Assembly: GCA_963741515.1 (NCBI GenBank)
Contig: CAVUIA010000001.1
Location: forward strand, 323,767-387,766
Reading direction: 5' to 3'
DNA length: 64,000 nt
From: an uncultured bacterium
Lineage (GTDB): Bacteria > Desulfobacterota > Deferrimicrobia > Deferrimicrobiales > Deferrimicrobiaceae
This document shows positions 43,241 through 53,800 of the stretch, piece by piece (positions within the stretch are counted from its first letter, which is position 1; each line of letters starts with the position of its first letter). The notes under the pieces are model-generated. The model saw only the letters and a list, made by a program, of their open reading frames with translations. It was not told the origin of the DNA and ran no database searches. A program made the position numbers and the translations under genes.

Positions 43241-44938
43241 TCAGTCCGGAGCGGTCACGCGCAGCACTTCCTCGAGCGTCGTGACGCCCTCTTCCAGCTT
43301 CGAAAGCCCGGCCTGCCGGAGCGTCTTCATGCCCAGGCGGATCGCTTCCCGCTTGATGTCGATCGCCGACCCGCCGCGCAGCACCATGTCCTTGATCTCT
43401 TCCTTGATCGGCATCACCTCGTACAGCGCCACCCGGCCGCGGAAACCGGTGCCGTTGCAGTCGTCGCACCCCTTCCCCTTCGCGGGCTTCGCGGACTTGA
43501 TCCGTTCCGGCTTCATCCCCGCGTCCATCAGCGCCTTGGGCAGGACCTTGACCTCCTGCTTGCACTTCTCGCAGACCCGGCGGGCGAGCCGCTGCGCGAC
43601 GATGAGGTTCAGGGAAGAGGACACCAGGAACGGCTCGATCCCCATGTTGAGCAGCCGGGTGACGGTGCTCGGGGCGTCGTTGGTGTGCAGCGTGGACAGG
43701 ACGAGGTGGCCGGTGAGGGACGCCTTGACCGCGATCTCGGCGGTCTCGTAGTCGCGGATCTCGCCCACCATGATGATGTCGGGGTCCTGCCGCAGGAAGG
43801 ACCGGAGGGCCGAGGAGAAGGTCAGCCCGATGTCCTCCTTCATCTGCACCTGGTTGATCCCCGCGAAGTTGTACTCCACCGGGTCCTCGGCCGTGGAGAT
43901 GTTGTCCGACGTCTTGTTCAGGTCGGACAGCGCCGAGTACAGCGTGGTGGTCTTCCCGGACCCCGTGGGGCCGGTGACCAGGATCATCCCGAACGGGCGG
44001 TGGATCGCGTCCATGAAATCGGCCAGCGCCGGCGCCTCGAACCCGAGCTTCGTCATGTCGAGCTGCAGGTTCGCCTTGTCGAGCAGGCGGAGGACGATCT
44101 TCTCGCCGAAGATGGTGGGGAGGACGGAGACGCGGAAGTCCATCTCCCGCCCCTTCCCGATCTTCATCTTGATGCGGCCGTCCTGCGGGAGGCGCCGCTC
44201 GGCGATGTCGAGGGAGGACATGATCTTGAGGCGCGACGAGAGCGCGTTGCGCAGCCGCATGGGCGGGCGCATCACTTCGTAGAGGACGCCGTCGATGCGG
44301 TACCGGACCCGGAACTCCTTCTCGTACGGCTCGATGTGGATGTCGGACGCGCGCCGCTTGATGGCCTCGGTGAGGAGGTAGTTCGCCAGCTTCACGACCG
44401 GCGCGTCGTCGACGGCGCGATCGAGGTCGGCGATCTCGTCCTGCTCCTCGCGGACGACCTCGAGGTCATCGTCGAGGTCGGCGATGATGTCCTTGAACTC
44501 CATCGAGCGGTCGAAGAACTTGTTGATCGCCGTGGTGATGTCCCGCTCGGAGGCGAGGACGAGCTCGACGGAGTAGCCGGTCTTGAACCCGATCCCGTCG
44601 ACGATCGCCATGCTGGAGGGGTCGGACACGGCGACGATCATCTTCGCGCCCACGCGGTTGATGGGGAGGGCGAGGTATTTCTGCACCATTTCTTCGGGGA
44701 GGAGCCGCACGACCTCGGGGTTGATCTCGTACTTGGACAGGTCGACGACCGGCAGGCTGAACTGGCGGCCGAGGAAGGCGAGGAGCTCCTCCTCCTTGAT
44801 GTATCCGGCCTTCACGAGGATCGTGCCGATCCGCTCGTGGGTCCTTTCCTGTGTCTCGAGGGCGCTGCGCAGCTGGTCGGCGGAAAGCAGGTTCCCCTTG
44901 AGCAGCATTTCCCCGATCTTTGTGGCCACTGTAGACAT
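43241..44938 (-). CDS. pilB: type IV pilus assembly ATPase PilB
   Basis: Intact 565-aa ORF with N-terminal GSPII domain, Walker A GPTGSGKTTT and a tetracysteine motif. Confidence 0.9.
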   Translation of the reverse strand: MSTVATKIGEMLLKGNLLSADQLRSALETQERTHERIGTILVKAGYIKEEELLAFLGRQFSLPVVDLSKYEINPEVVRLLPEEMVQKYLALPINRVGAKMIVAVSDPSSMAIVDGIGFKTGYSVELVLASERDITTAINKFFDRSMEFKDIIADLDDDLEVVREEQDEIADLDRAVDDAPVVKLANYLLTEAIKRRASDIHIEPYEKEFRVRYRIDGVLYEVMRPPMRLRNALSSRLKIMSSLDIAERRLPQDGRIKMKIGKGREMDFRVSVLPTIFGEKIVLRLLDKANLQLDMTKLGFEAPALADFMDAIHRPFGMILVTGPTGSGKTTTLYSALSDLNKTSDNISTAEDPVEYNFAGINQVQMKEDIGLTFSSALRSFLRQDPDIIMVGEIRDYETAEIAVKASLTGHLVLSTLHTNDAPSTVTRLLNMGIEPFLVSSSLNLIVAQRLARRVCEKCKQEVKVLPKALMDAGMKPERIKSAKPAKGKGCDDCNGTGFRGRVALYEVMPIKEEIKDMVLRGGSAIDIKREAIRLGMKTLRQAGLSKLEEGVTTLEEVLRVTAPD

Positions 44939-44982
44939 GCTTTCCCGTCACCTCCGGCCGAACGATGATGCGATGAAATCTA

Positions 44983-45822
44983 TCATAATTTCAACCCTTT
45001 TTTCGCCAAAGAGAGAAACGTTCCTGGAGGGACGTTTTTCCCCGTCCAGAGCGCGAAGCTTCGTGCGGCCTGGCAGGCCAGCATGGGCAGCCCGTCGATC
45101 GACGGCACCCCCCGTGCGCGGAGACTCCTTACCAGCGAGGTCCCACCGGCCCGATAAACCAGATCGGCAAAACGGGTGGTTTTCTTTACTGCTTTGTGGG
45201 GAAAATCTTCCCATTCCCCGATCAGCCCCAGGGGGGTGCACTGGACGATGAGGTCGGCCCCCCGGAACGCCTCTTCGAGCGTCCCCGGGTCGACGCCCCC
45301 TGTGGAGAACCCGACGCGCGGGAGCCGGGCGGCAAGGGCCCGCGCGACCTCTTCCGCGCGCCGGGGGTTCCGGTTCAGGACGGCGATCCGCCGGGCCCCG
45401 GCTTTTCCCAGGGCGAAGGCGACCCCCCGCGCGGCGCCCCCCGCGCCCAGCAGGACGACATTTCCGTGCCGCCGCCCCCACCCGCGCCCCTCGAGCGCGT
45501 CGAGGAACCCTTCCCCGTCGGTGTTGTCGGCGTGGAGCTTACCGTCCCGGGCCACGAGGGTGTTCGCCGCCCCGCACGCCTCGACCGCTTCCGAACGGGT
45601 GTCGGAAAGCGCCGCCGCCTCCTCCTTGAACGGGATGGTGACGTTCCCCCCGAGGAAATTCGCCTCCCGGACGATCCGCAGGAATCCCTCGAGGCGGCCG
45701 TCCGGCAGCTCTACGGGAACGTAGCACAAGGGAAGCCGCAGGCGGGCGATGACCCCGTTGTGCATCGCCGGGCTCAAGGAGTGCCCCACAGGGCGGCCGA
45801 CGACGAAAAGCAGGGAGATCAT
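44983..45822 (-). CDS. aroE: shikimate dehydrogenase
   Basis: SLSPAMHN motif and NADP Rossmann motif (GAGGAARG). In-frame part of track ORF 44983..45882. Confidence 0.8.
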   Translation of the reverse strand: MISLLFVVGRPVGHSLSPAMHNGVIARLRLPLCYVPVELPDGRLEGFLRIVREANFLGGNVTIPFKEEAAALSDTRSEAVEACGAANTLVARDGKLHADNTDGEGFLDALEGRGWGRRHGNVVLLGAGGAARGVAFALGKAGARRIAVLNRNPRRAEEVARALAARLPRVGFSTGGVDPGTLEEAFRGADLIVQCTPLGLIGEWEDFPHKAVKKTTRFADLVYRAGGTSLVRSLRARGVPSIDGLPMLACQAARSFALWTGKNVPPGTFLSLAKKGLKL

Positions 45823-46433
45823 CAATCCCGCAGCTCGAGGTTCCAATAGGTGAAGTCGACGACGTTGAGGAAAGGCACCCATTCCCTGTGGATCGGCCGG
45901 CGGAGGGAAAAGGCGTACTCGGGGGACCAGCGGGGAAGGCCGGGGACCGAGATCAGCCGCATCCCCGCCCGGTCGGGGGGATTCCCCCCCTTCCGCTTGT
46001 TGCAGGGGACGCAGCTGCAGACGATGTTCTCCCAGGTGGTCTTCCCTCCCTGGGAGCGGGGAACCACGTGGTCGAGATTGAGGTCGCTGGTGGGGAAGGA
46101 GCGGCCGCAGTACTGGCAGGTGCTGCCGTCCCGGATGAAGACGTTGCGGCGGCTGAACCGGATGTTGCGCCGCGGGATGCGGTCGTACGCGACGAGGACC
46201 ACCACGCGGGGCACCCGCATCACCCGCCCCACGAGCCCGACGCAGTCCTCCCCCCCGGCGACCGACAAGGCGCTCCAGGAGGGGTAATCGAACATCTCGT
46301 ACTGCTCGTTGATCGCTTTGGCGAGACCCGCGTAGAGGAGGCAGAAAGCCCGGCGCGCGGTGGTGACGTGGACCGGGAAAAAGGCCCGGTTGAGAACGAG
46401 AACGCTCGAGGTCAGCATCGTAGAAACCGGCAT
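45822..46433 (-). CDS. HNH endonuclease-family protein
   Basis: Intact 203-aa ORF with an HNH motif (CQYCG...DLNLDHVVPRSQGGKTTWENIVCSCVPCN). Confidence 0.75.
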   Translation of the reverse strand: MPVSTMLTSSVLVLNRAFFPVHVTTARRAFCLLYAGLAKAINEQYEMFDYPSWSALSVAGGEDCVGLVGRVMRVPRVVVLVAYDRIPRRNIRFSRRNVFIRDGSTCQYCGRSFPTSDLNLDHVVPRSQGGKTTWENIVCSCVPCNKRKGGNPPDRAGMRLISVPGLPRWSPEYAFSLRRPIHREWVPFLNVVDFTYWNLELRD

Positions 46434-46473
46434 CGCATGGTTCCTACTACTCTACCCATCGCGCGAAGGCCGG

Positions 46474-47142
46474 TCAATCCTTCTTCGCCAGCTCCTTGAG
46501 GAGGATCCTCTTCCCGTAGAGCGCGTTCTTCTGGACCAGCTTCTCCGCGAGGGCGGGGTCGCGCCTGCGGAACGCGTCGATGATCTCGACGTGCTGGTCG
46601 ATCGCCCCCTCGACCTTCCCCGGCATGGCGAGGATCAGCCGGTACCGCTGGAACTGCGCCACCATGGACTGCACGATCTGGTGGAGCCGCTCGTTCCCGG
46701 CGGCCCGGAGGAACGTGTCGTGGAACTCGTTGTGCAGTTCGAGGACCCTGCGCAGGTCCTTCTTCCCGGAGGCCGTCGTCATCTGCCGGTTGACCGTCTC
46801 CATCCGGTCGATCTCGCTCTCGGTGAGGGTCATCGTCGCCAGCCGCGCGGCGTACCCCTCGAGGATCATCTTCAGGTCGTAGAAGTTCGAGACGTCCTGC
46901 GCGGAGAAGGAGGCGACGATCGCCCCCTTCCGGGGGATGACGGAGATGAAGCCCTCGGTCTCCAGCTGGCGGAACGCCTCCCGGATGGGGGTGCGGCTGA
47001 TGCCGAACTTTTCGGCGAGCTCCGGCTCGGCGATGCGCGTCCCCGGCTTGAGCTGGCCGTTGATGATGGCGTTGCGGATCGAGGAGACGATCCGCTCGCG
47101 CAGGGTCAGGTGGCTGTCGATCCGGATTCTCAGCTTCTGCAA
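46474..47142 (-). CDS. GntR/FadR-family transcriptional regulator
   Basis: TTG start after a GGGAG element. N-terminal winged HTH (PELAEKFGISRTPIREAFRQLETEG) and an FCD domain. Confidence 0.8.
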   Translation of the reverse strand: MQKLRIRIDSHLTLRERIVSSIRNAIINGQLKPGTRIAEPELAEKFGISRTPIREAFRQLETEGFISVIPRKGAIVASFSAQDVSNFYDLKMILEGYAARLATMTLTESEIDRMETVNRQMTTASGKKDLRRVLELHNEFHDTFLRAAGNERLHQIVQSMVAQFQRYRLILAMPGKVEGAIDQHVEIIDAFRRRDPALAEKLVQKNALYGKRILLKELAKKD

Positions 47143-47176
47143 CGTCGCGCTCCCGGTTCCCGTCGGATCCTTTACG

Positions 47177-47188
47177 CATACAGTATAC
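47177..47188. promoter_or_regulatory. ATAC-a-GTAT palindrome in the divergent gntR / isomerase intergenic region (candidate operator)
   Basis: AT-rich intergenic stretch (47143-47242) with a GT-N-AC type inverted repeat between the gntR start and the next gene. Confidence 0.25.
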
Positions 47189-47242
47189 AAAAAACGGATG
47201 TCAAGGCGATTTTCCGCGGGCGGCCTTGCCCGAACCGCCCGG

Positions 47243-48049
47243 ATGAGGTATTTTTCTCCGATGGCCTGGGTCGTCCATTCCACCGTCCCCTTCCCCATGC
47301 TCCGCGACGCGGAGACGGTGCGGGCCCTGCGCGACGCCGGCGTGGGGCCGGAGATCTACTTCTCCGGCGCCGACCTCGACGCGCTCGCCCCGGCGGAGGC
47401 GGAACGCACGGCCGCGGCCCTCCGGGAGGCGGGGATCTCCTCCCTCACCTTCCACGCCCCGTTCCACGACGTCTGGCCCGGCGCCCACGACGAGGAAGCC
47501 CGGCGGTTCGCCGTCCGCCGCGTCTCGCAGGCGATCGCCCTCGCCCCGGTCTTCCGCCCCGGGGGCGTGGTGGTCCACGGCGGGTATTTCCCCTGGCTCT
47601 TCGACTTCCGCCCGGGCGATTGGCTCGCGTCCGCGAGGCGCTCCTTCGGGGAGCTCGCCGAAGCCGCGGAGAAGGCCGGCACGCGGCTGTTCGTCGAGAA
47701 CGTCTTCGACGACGACCCCGCGCACCTGCTCCGCCTGCGGGAGGCGGTCGGGTCGCCGCGCCTCGTTTTCTGCCTCGACCCCGGGCACGCGGCCCTCTTC
47801 TCCCTGGTGCCGGTCCACCTTTGGGCGGAGGCCTTCGGCGAAGGCACCGGCCTGATGCACGTCCACGACAACCGCGGAACGCGGGACGACCACCTGCCTG
47901 TAGGGGAAGGGACCATCAACTACCGTGGGGTGCTCCTGGCGGCGATCGACGCCGGCGCCCGCCCCATCCTCACGGTGGAACCGCACCGGAGGGAGCACTT
48001 CACGCGGAGCGTTTCGGCCCTGCGCGGAATCCTGTCTACGCTTCCCTGA
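47243..48049 (+). CDS. sugar phosphate isomerase/epimerase (xylose isomerase-like TIM barrel)
   Basis: The conserved part of track ORF 46937..48049 begins at MRYFSPMAW. An alternative ATG lies at 47261. Confidence 0.7.
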   Translation: MRYFSPMAWVVHSTVPFPMLRDAETVRALRDAGVGPEIYFSGADLDALAPAEAERTAAALREAGISSLTFHAPFHDVWPGAHDEEARRFAVRRVSQAIALAPVFRPGGVVVHGGYFPWLFDFRPGDWLASARRSFGELAEAAEKAGTRLFVENVFDDDPAHLLRLREAVGSPRLVFCLDPGHAALFSLVPVHLWAEAFGEGTGLMHVHDNRGTRDDHLPVGEGTINYRGVLLAAIDAGARPILTVEPHRREHFTRSVSALRGILSTLP

Positions 48050-48416
48050 ACCTGTCCTCCGCCGCCCCCGAGAGGAATTCCAGCGCCTCCGTTTCCGTTT
48101 CGAACGACTGCACGTATTTCGTGAGGCCGGTCACCTGGAACAGGTCCTTGTTGAGGCGGTTGACCTCGCAGAACGCCAGCCGTCCCTGCTCCTCCATCAC
48201 CTTTTCCACGACCCCGATGATGAACGATATGCCGATGCTGTTGACCATGCGCGTCTGCCCGAAGTTCAGGAGGAGGTGACGGGCGCCGCCGCCGATCTTC
48301 GCGCCGACGATCTTCTCGACCTCTTCTCCGAGCGAGCTGTTGAGGTATCCTCCGATGTGAACCACGAGCGTCCTGCCGTCGTCCCTGACGTCCACTTTCA
48401 TCTCTGAGAGGCTCAT
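48036..48416 (-). CDS. STAS-domain anti-sigma-factor antagonist
   Basis: Intact 126-aa ORF of SpoIIAA/RsbV type with a conserved Ser/Thr region (NSIGISFIIG). Confidence 0.8.
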   Translation of the reverse strand: MSLSEMKVDVRDDGRTLVVHIGGYLNSSLGEEVEKIVGAKIGGGARHLLLNFGQTRMVNSIGISFIIGVVEKVMEEQGRLAFCEVNRLNKDLFQVTGLTKYVQSFETETEALEFLSGAAEDRFREA

Positions 48417-50749
48417 TCCTTTTCAGGGGGTGCGGCCCCCTCCTCCTTTCCGTGCGCGGTCTCGTTCCCTGCCTGTCCGCTTTCGAGGAACTTGACCATG
48501 TGCACCACCGTACCGTCCAGACCCGTGTCGATCTCCACCTCGTCCACCAGCTCCCGGATCAGCTTCAGCCCCCACCCGCGGTTCTTCTTCGACTCGCCCC
48601 GCGTCGACGACTGGAACCCCTTCCCGTCGTCCTGGACGAACAGCTCGAGCTTCCCCGGGGACAAAAGGTAGCGCAGGCGGACCTTCCCCGAGGAGGCGGA
48701 GCTGTGCTCGAACGCGTTGATGCACGCCTCGATGATCGCCATCTTGATGCGGTCCACCGTGTCGGCGTCGACCGCGGCGAAGGCCGCCACCGTCTCGGCC
48801 ACGCGGGCGGCGACCATCTCGGAGTCGGCCTTCATGGGAAGGACCAGCTCGTACTCCACCGTCTTGTCCGAAGGCGCCGGCTGGGCGGAGGCCTGCCGCT
48901 CGGGTTCCGGGGCCTCCCCCAGCTCCTCGAGGCCGAAGAGGTTCAGGAACAGCCGCAGCTGCGACGGGTGGGACAGGTGGACGCCGTATTGCGCCGCAAG
49001 GTCGACCGCGGCCGGGTCGGCCGACTCGCTCAGGAGCATCCACTTCCGGAAGCGGTCCGCCGGGAGCCCCTTCTCGATGGCCAGGAGCCGGCACCGGTTC
49101 TCGAAATGCTCCACGGCCCGCGCCGCCAGGTTCTTTTCCGGGACCACGTCGACCGCCCAGACGACCAGGTTCTCCTCGGAGAACTCCCCTTCGGCGAAGC
49201 CGTACGCCACCAGGTCGAAGTCGAAGCGGGGTCCCCCCCTCTGGTTCCGGTACCCCGTGGACACGGAGGAGATCTTCGGGAGGCGGGTCCGCAGCGGCTC
49301 GCTTTCCATGCCGATGACGACCTCGAGCACCCCCTTCCGGTCGAACTTCTCCCGGAACGGGCCGTACTCGAACAGGAGCGTCGGCACTTCCCGGAGGTCC
49401 CACCGCCGCATCAGCTCCTTCACCACGGAAATGCGCCGCGCGTGGCCCTCCCCCTGCCCGGCTTCCGCGGCCGTGCGCGAGATCCGGGACTGCACGATGG
49501 CCGACGCCACCTGCGACACGCCCTTCCCGAGGAGGCCGCGCTCGTACGCCCAGTACAGGAAGTCGGTCAGCACGGGGTCGTCGACGAAGGTGAGCTGCTC
49601 CAGGTCGGACTTCAGCAGCCCCTTGAACTCCAGCTGCGTGAGGATCGCCTCGCCCTCTTCCTGCGAGGTCCCCATCAGCGACAGCGCCCCCTCGACCGTG
49701 TCGAGGGGGAACCGGTCGTACATGACGCGCTTCAGGAACCGGATCGCCCTGCCGCGGCGGGTCCGGGTGGGGAAGGCGTTCTCGAAGAACTCCCTCCAGT
49801 AGCGGTTCAGCTTCCCCTGCGTCACCGAGGCGGCGTACAGGTTCTCCAGGGTGATCGAGTCCGCCACCCGGGTGTTGCGGAAGAAGATGTCCTCGGCCAG
49901 CAGCCGCTGGTAGAACGGGATCCCGCCGACCCGCTCCGTGGCGCGCGGGAGCAGGGAGGGCGCGACCTCGACCTTCCGCCGCCCGCACAGCTTCTCCCAC
50001 AGGAGCCGCGACGCGTCGGCCTTCAGGCCGCGGATCTCGAGCATCTGGAAGGCGCCGTACAGCCCTTCCCTCTTCAGGGCGGCGGTCACCCGCCCCGGGG
50101 AGGAACCGGAAAGGAACATCGCGAACCGGCCGCTCTTGATGTAGGGGCGCAGGATGGAAAGCATGGTCCCTTCGGGCACGCCCTGCAGCTTCCCCGTGTA
50201 CTGGAAGTCGTCGAGCAGGAAAACGGGATAGAAGGAGCCGCCGCAGGACGCGAACGGGAGGGAAACCGCGTTGACGAGGGCGGAGAGGCCGTCCCCCGCG
50301 GCGGTGTATTTTGCGTGGGCCGCCATGGGGGCCCGGCATCCGGAGAACCCGTAAGCGGCGAGCCGCTCGCACATCTCGTCCGGGTCGAACACCGGCGGGT
50401 GCTCGTCGCCGAAGAACCGGAGCAGCTGCCCCAGGTACTCCTGCAGGAAATGCTGGGAGAGCGCCAGCGGGTGCGAGAGGATCTGGCTGAAGGAGAAATA
50501 GAAGGGGAACGGCCGCGGGGACGCGGGCGCCGCGGGGTCCGCAGCGGCCGAGGCCAGGATCTCCTCCCGCACCTTGAGGAGGAGCATGGTCTTCCCGATG
50601 TTCGGCGGGCCGTAGATCATGAAGGAGGAGCCGACGCCGCGCCCTCCCTCGATCGCCGCCCTCGTAAGGGCCGAAAGCTCCTCTTCCCGGCCGAAGAAAT
50701 CCTCGTCCCGGAAGGTGGCCTCCGCCCCCATGGTGCCGAAAAGACGCAC
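48413..50749 (-). CDS. AAA/Arch_ATPase-type P-loop NTPase fused to an RsbW/SpoIIAB-like GHKL kinase domain
   Basis: Intact 778-aa ORF. N-terminus FFGREEELSALTRAAIEGG...MIYGPPNIGKTMLL. C-terminus AIIEACINAFEHS...VRLRYLLSPGKLELFVQDDGKGF...GWGLKLIRELVDEV. Its stop overlaps the STAS gene start. Confidence 0.7.
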   Translation of the reverse strand: MRLFGTMGAEATFRDEDFFGREEELSALTRAAIEGGRGVGSSFMIYGPPNIGKTMLLLKVREEILASAAADPAAPASPRPFPFYFSFSQILSHPLALSQHFLQEYLGQLLRFFGDEHPPVFDPDEMCERLAAYGFSGCRAPMAAHAKYTAAGDGLSALVNAVSLPFASCGGSFYPVFLLDDFQYTGKLQGVPEGTMLSILRPYIKSGRFAMFLSGSSPGRVTAALKREGLYGAFQMLEIRGLKADASRLLWEKLCGRRKVEVAPSLLPRATERVGGIPFYQRLLAEDIFFRNTRVADSITLENLYAASVTQGKLNRYWREFFENAFPTRTRRGRAIRFLKRVMYDRFPLDTVEGALSLMGTSQEEGEAILTQLEFKGLLKSDLEQLTFVDDPVLTDFLYWAYERGLLGKGVSQVASAIVQSRISRTAAEAGQGEGHARRISVVKELMRRWDLREVPTLLFEYGPFREKFDRKGVLEVVIGMESEPLRTRLPKISSVSTGYRNQRGGPRFDFDLVAYGFAEGEFSEENLVVWAVDVVPEKNLAARAVEHFENRCRLLAIEKGLPADRFRKWMLLSESADPAAVDLAAQYGVHLSHPSQLRLFLNLFGLEELGEAPEPERQASAQPAPSDKTVEYELVLPMKADSEMVAARVAETVAAFAAVDADTVDRIKMAIIEACINAFEHSSASSGKVRLRYLLSPGKLELFVQDDGKGFQSSTRGESKKNRGWGLKLIRELVDEVEIDTGLDGTVVHMVKFLESGQAGNETAHGKEEGAAPPEKE

Positions 50750-50836
50750 GTCTACCGTTGCCTCCCGACAGGGATCTTCCCGGTAATCTACCCCGAAACC
50801 GTTGCGTTTTCATCAATATAATGGGATTTATCTATA

Positions 50837-53800
50837 GTGATGACGCGGATCCCCCCATCCATACGGAAGCCGTCCCGGTACAGCGGGAGCGAAATCCGCC
50901 CCGCGCTGATTCCCTGGGAAGACGCCAAAACGCGCGTCCTGCTTGCGTTTCCCGACGCGTACGAGATCGGGATGTCCCACCTGGGGATCCTCCTGCTCCA
51001 CGAGATCCTCAACGCGCGGCCCGGGACGCTCTGCGAGCGCGTCTTCGCCCCGTGGACCGACTACGCGGAGCATCTGCGCGCCTCGGGGGAGCCGCTCCCG
51101 TCGCTCGAGTCGGGGCGCCCGGCCGGCTCCTTCGACATGGTCGGGTTCTCCCTCTGCTACGAGCTCACCTACACCAACGTCCTCATGATGCTGGAATTGG
51201 CGGGGATCCCGCTCCTGTCGAAGGACCGGGGCGAGGGGCATCCCCTGGTCGTCGGGGGGGGCGTCTGCACGCTGAACCCCGCCCCCGTCGCCCCCTTCTT
51301 CGACGCCCTCCTCGTGGGGGACGGCGAAGAGGCGGCGCTGGAGATCGTCTCCGCCGTCGAGGAGCGCAAGGCGAAGGGAGGGTCCCGCGCCGACCTGCTG
51401 GCGACGCTCGCCGGGATCGCCGGCGTGTACGTGCCGGGGGTCTCCATGGGCGTCTCCCGCCGGGTGCTGCCCGACCTCGCCCTCTCGCCGCTGCTGCCCG
51501 CGCCCATCCTCCCGTCGATGCGCGTGGTGCACGACCGGCTGAGCATCGAGATCTCCCGCGGCTGCACCCGGGGCTGCCGGTTCTGCCAGGCCGGCTACGC
51601 GTACCGGCCGGTGCGGGAGCGCGACCCGCTCGCGGTGCTGGCCTACCTGCAGGAAAGCGCCCCCAAGACGGGGTACGACGAGGTGGGGCTCCTGTCGCTC
51701 TCGGCCGCCGACTACAGCTGCATCGACCGGCTCGTCACCGAGGCGATGGACGCGCTGGCCCCGGACCACGTCTCCCTTTCGCTCCCGGCGCTGCGGCTGG
51801 ACGCCCTGACGGAGAACACGGTCGAGCAGCTCCGCAAGGTGCGCAAGTCGGGGTTCACGCTGGCGCCCGAGGCGGGGACGGAACGGCTGCGCCGCTCCGT
51901 GAACAAGGACATCCTCGACGACGACGTCCTCAAGACGGCGGAGTGGATCTTCGGGAACGGCTGGCAGACCCTCAAGCTCTATTTCATGGTGGGGCTCCCC
52001 GGCGAGACGAGCGAGGACGTGCGCGCCATCGGCCTGCTGGCGAAGCGGGTCGCCGCGGTCGCCCGGCGCAAGGGGAAGCGCTGCTCCGTCACGGTGAGCG
52101 TCTCCCCGTTCGTCCCGAAGCCGCACACGCCGTTCCAGTGGGAGCGCCAGGCCGGGCGGGACGAGATGCACGAGCGGATCCGGATCGTGCGGGACGCCCT
52201 CGGGCGGGAGCGGAACGCGGAGCTGAAGCACGCCTCGCCGGAGGTTTCCGAGCTGGAGGGCGTCTTCTCGCGCGGCGACGGCCGCCTCCCTTCGGTCATC
52301 CTTTCGGCGTACCGCAACGGGGCGCGGTTCGACGCGTGGACGGAGGAATTCCGCCCCGAGGCGTGGAGCCGGGCCTTCGCGGAGGCCGGCATCGACCCGC
52401 TCGAATACCTGAAGGAACGCGACCCGGCCGCCCCGCTCCCCTGGGACGTCGTCGACGCGGGCATCGACCGCGGCTTCCTGCTCGCCGAGCGGGAGAAGGC
52501 GCGGACCGGCGAGATCACCCCCGACTGCCGCTCCGCGGGATGCACCTCCTGCGGGGCGTGCCCGCCGGGGCTTTCGAACATAACGTACGCGGGCCGGCTG
52601 GCGGCGCCCTCCCCCGCCCCGGAGCCGGCGGCCCCCGCGCCGCCCGCGCCCTCCCCCCAGGCGCCGCCGCGGCGCCACGTCGTGCGGATCGCCTACGCCA
52701 AGGAGGGGCCGGCGAAATACCTGAGCGGCCTGGAGATCCAGTCGCTGTGGGGGCGCACTTTACGGCGCGCCGGGCTGCCGATCGCGTACAGCCAGGGGTT
52801 CAACCCCGCGCCGAAGCTTTCCCTCGGGCCGGCGCTGGCGGTCGGAACCGACAGCGGCTGCGAGTTCCTCGAGGCGGAGTTCACCCTTCCGGTCGTCGCC
52901 TCGGAGCTCCCGTCGATCCTGCCTCCGCACCTCCCCGCGGGCGTCCGCGTGATCGAGGCGAAGACGGTCCCGCCGGGCTCCCCGCGCATGTCCGACTACG
53001 ACCTGGCGTCCGACTACTCCCTGCGCCCGCTCCCCGGCTTCGCGCTCCCGGAAGGGATCACGCCTTCCCTGGCCGCGGAGCGGTTCGCCGCGTTCCGCGC
53101 CGCGCAAGCCTTTCCGCTGGCGCTCGTCCGCGAAGCGCAGGTGACCGAGGTGGACCTCCGCCCGCTGGTCGACGATTTCAAGGTGAATGCGGAGGGCATC
53201 TTCATTAAAATCATACAGGGCACGGGAAAAGGGGTGCGGCCGGCCGAGGCCGCCGCGGCGATCCTCGGCGTTCCGCTTTCGCCCGACCGGCTCGTCGTCA
53301 GGAAGGAATCGGCGGAGCCTGATCCCCCGCCCGGGAAAGACATGATGCAGAGACCCAGCAGGCACATCGTGGTGAACGCCGCGCCGTACGAGACGCGCGT
53401 GGCCACCCTCGAGTCCGGCGCCCTCGCGGAGCTGCTCATCGAACGGGGCGAGGACAAGAACTCCGTCGGCAACATCTACAACGGGAAGGTCATCCGGGTC
53501 CTGCCCGGCATGCAGGCCGCCTTCGTCGACATCGGCATGGACAAGGCGGGGTTCCTCTTCGCGGGCGACTTCGTCACCCCGCAGCTCGAGTTCGACACCG
53601 ACCCGGTCGAGGACCCCGGCCTCCCCGACGACATCGGCATCCGCCCGGCCCGCTACCCGCAGGACCATTTCCTCCCGCCGATCGAGGGGCTGATCCGCGA
53701 AGGGCAGCACCTCCTGGTCCAGGTCGCCAAGGAGCCGCTGGGGACGAAGGGCGCGCGGATCACCAGCCACATCACCCTGCCCGGCCGCCACCTGGTGCTC

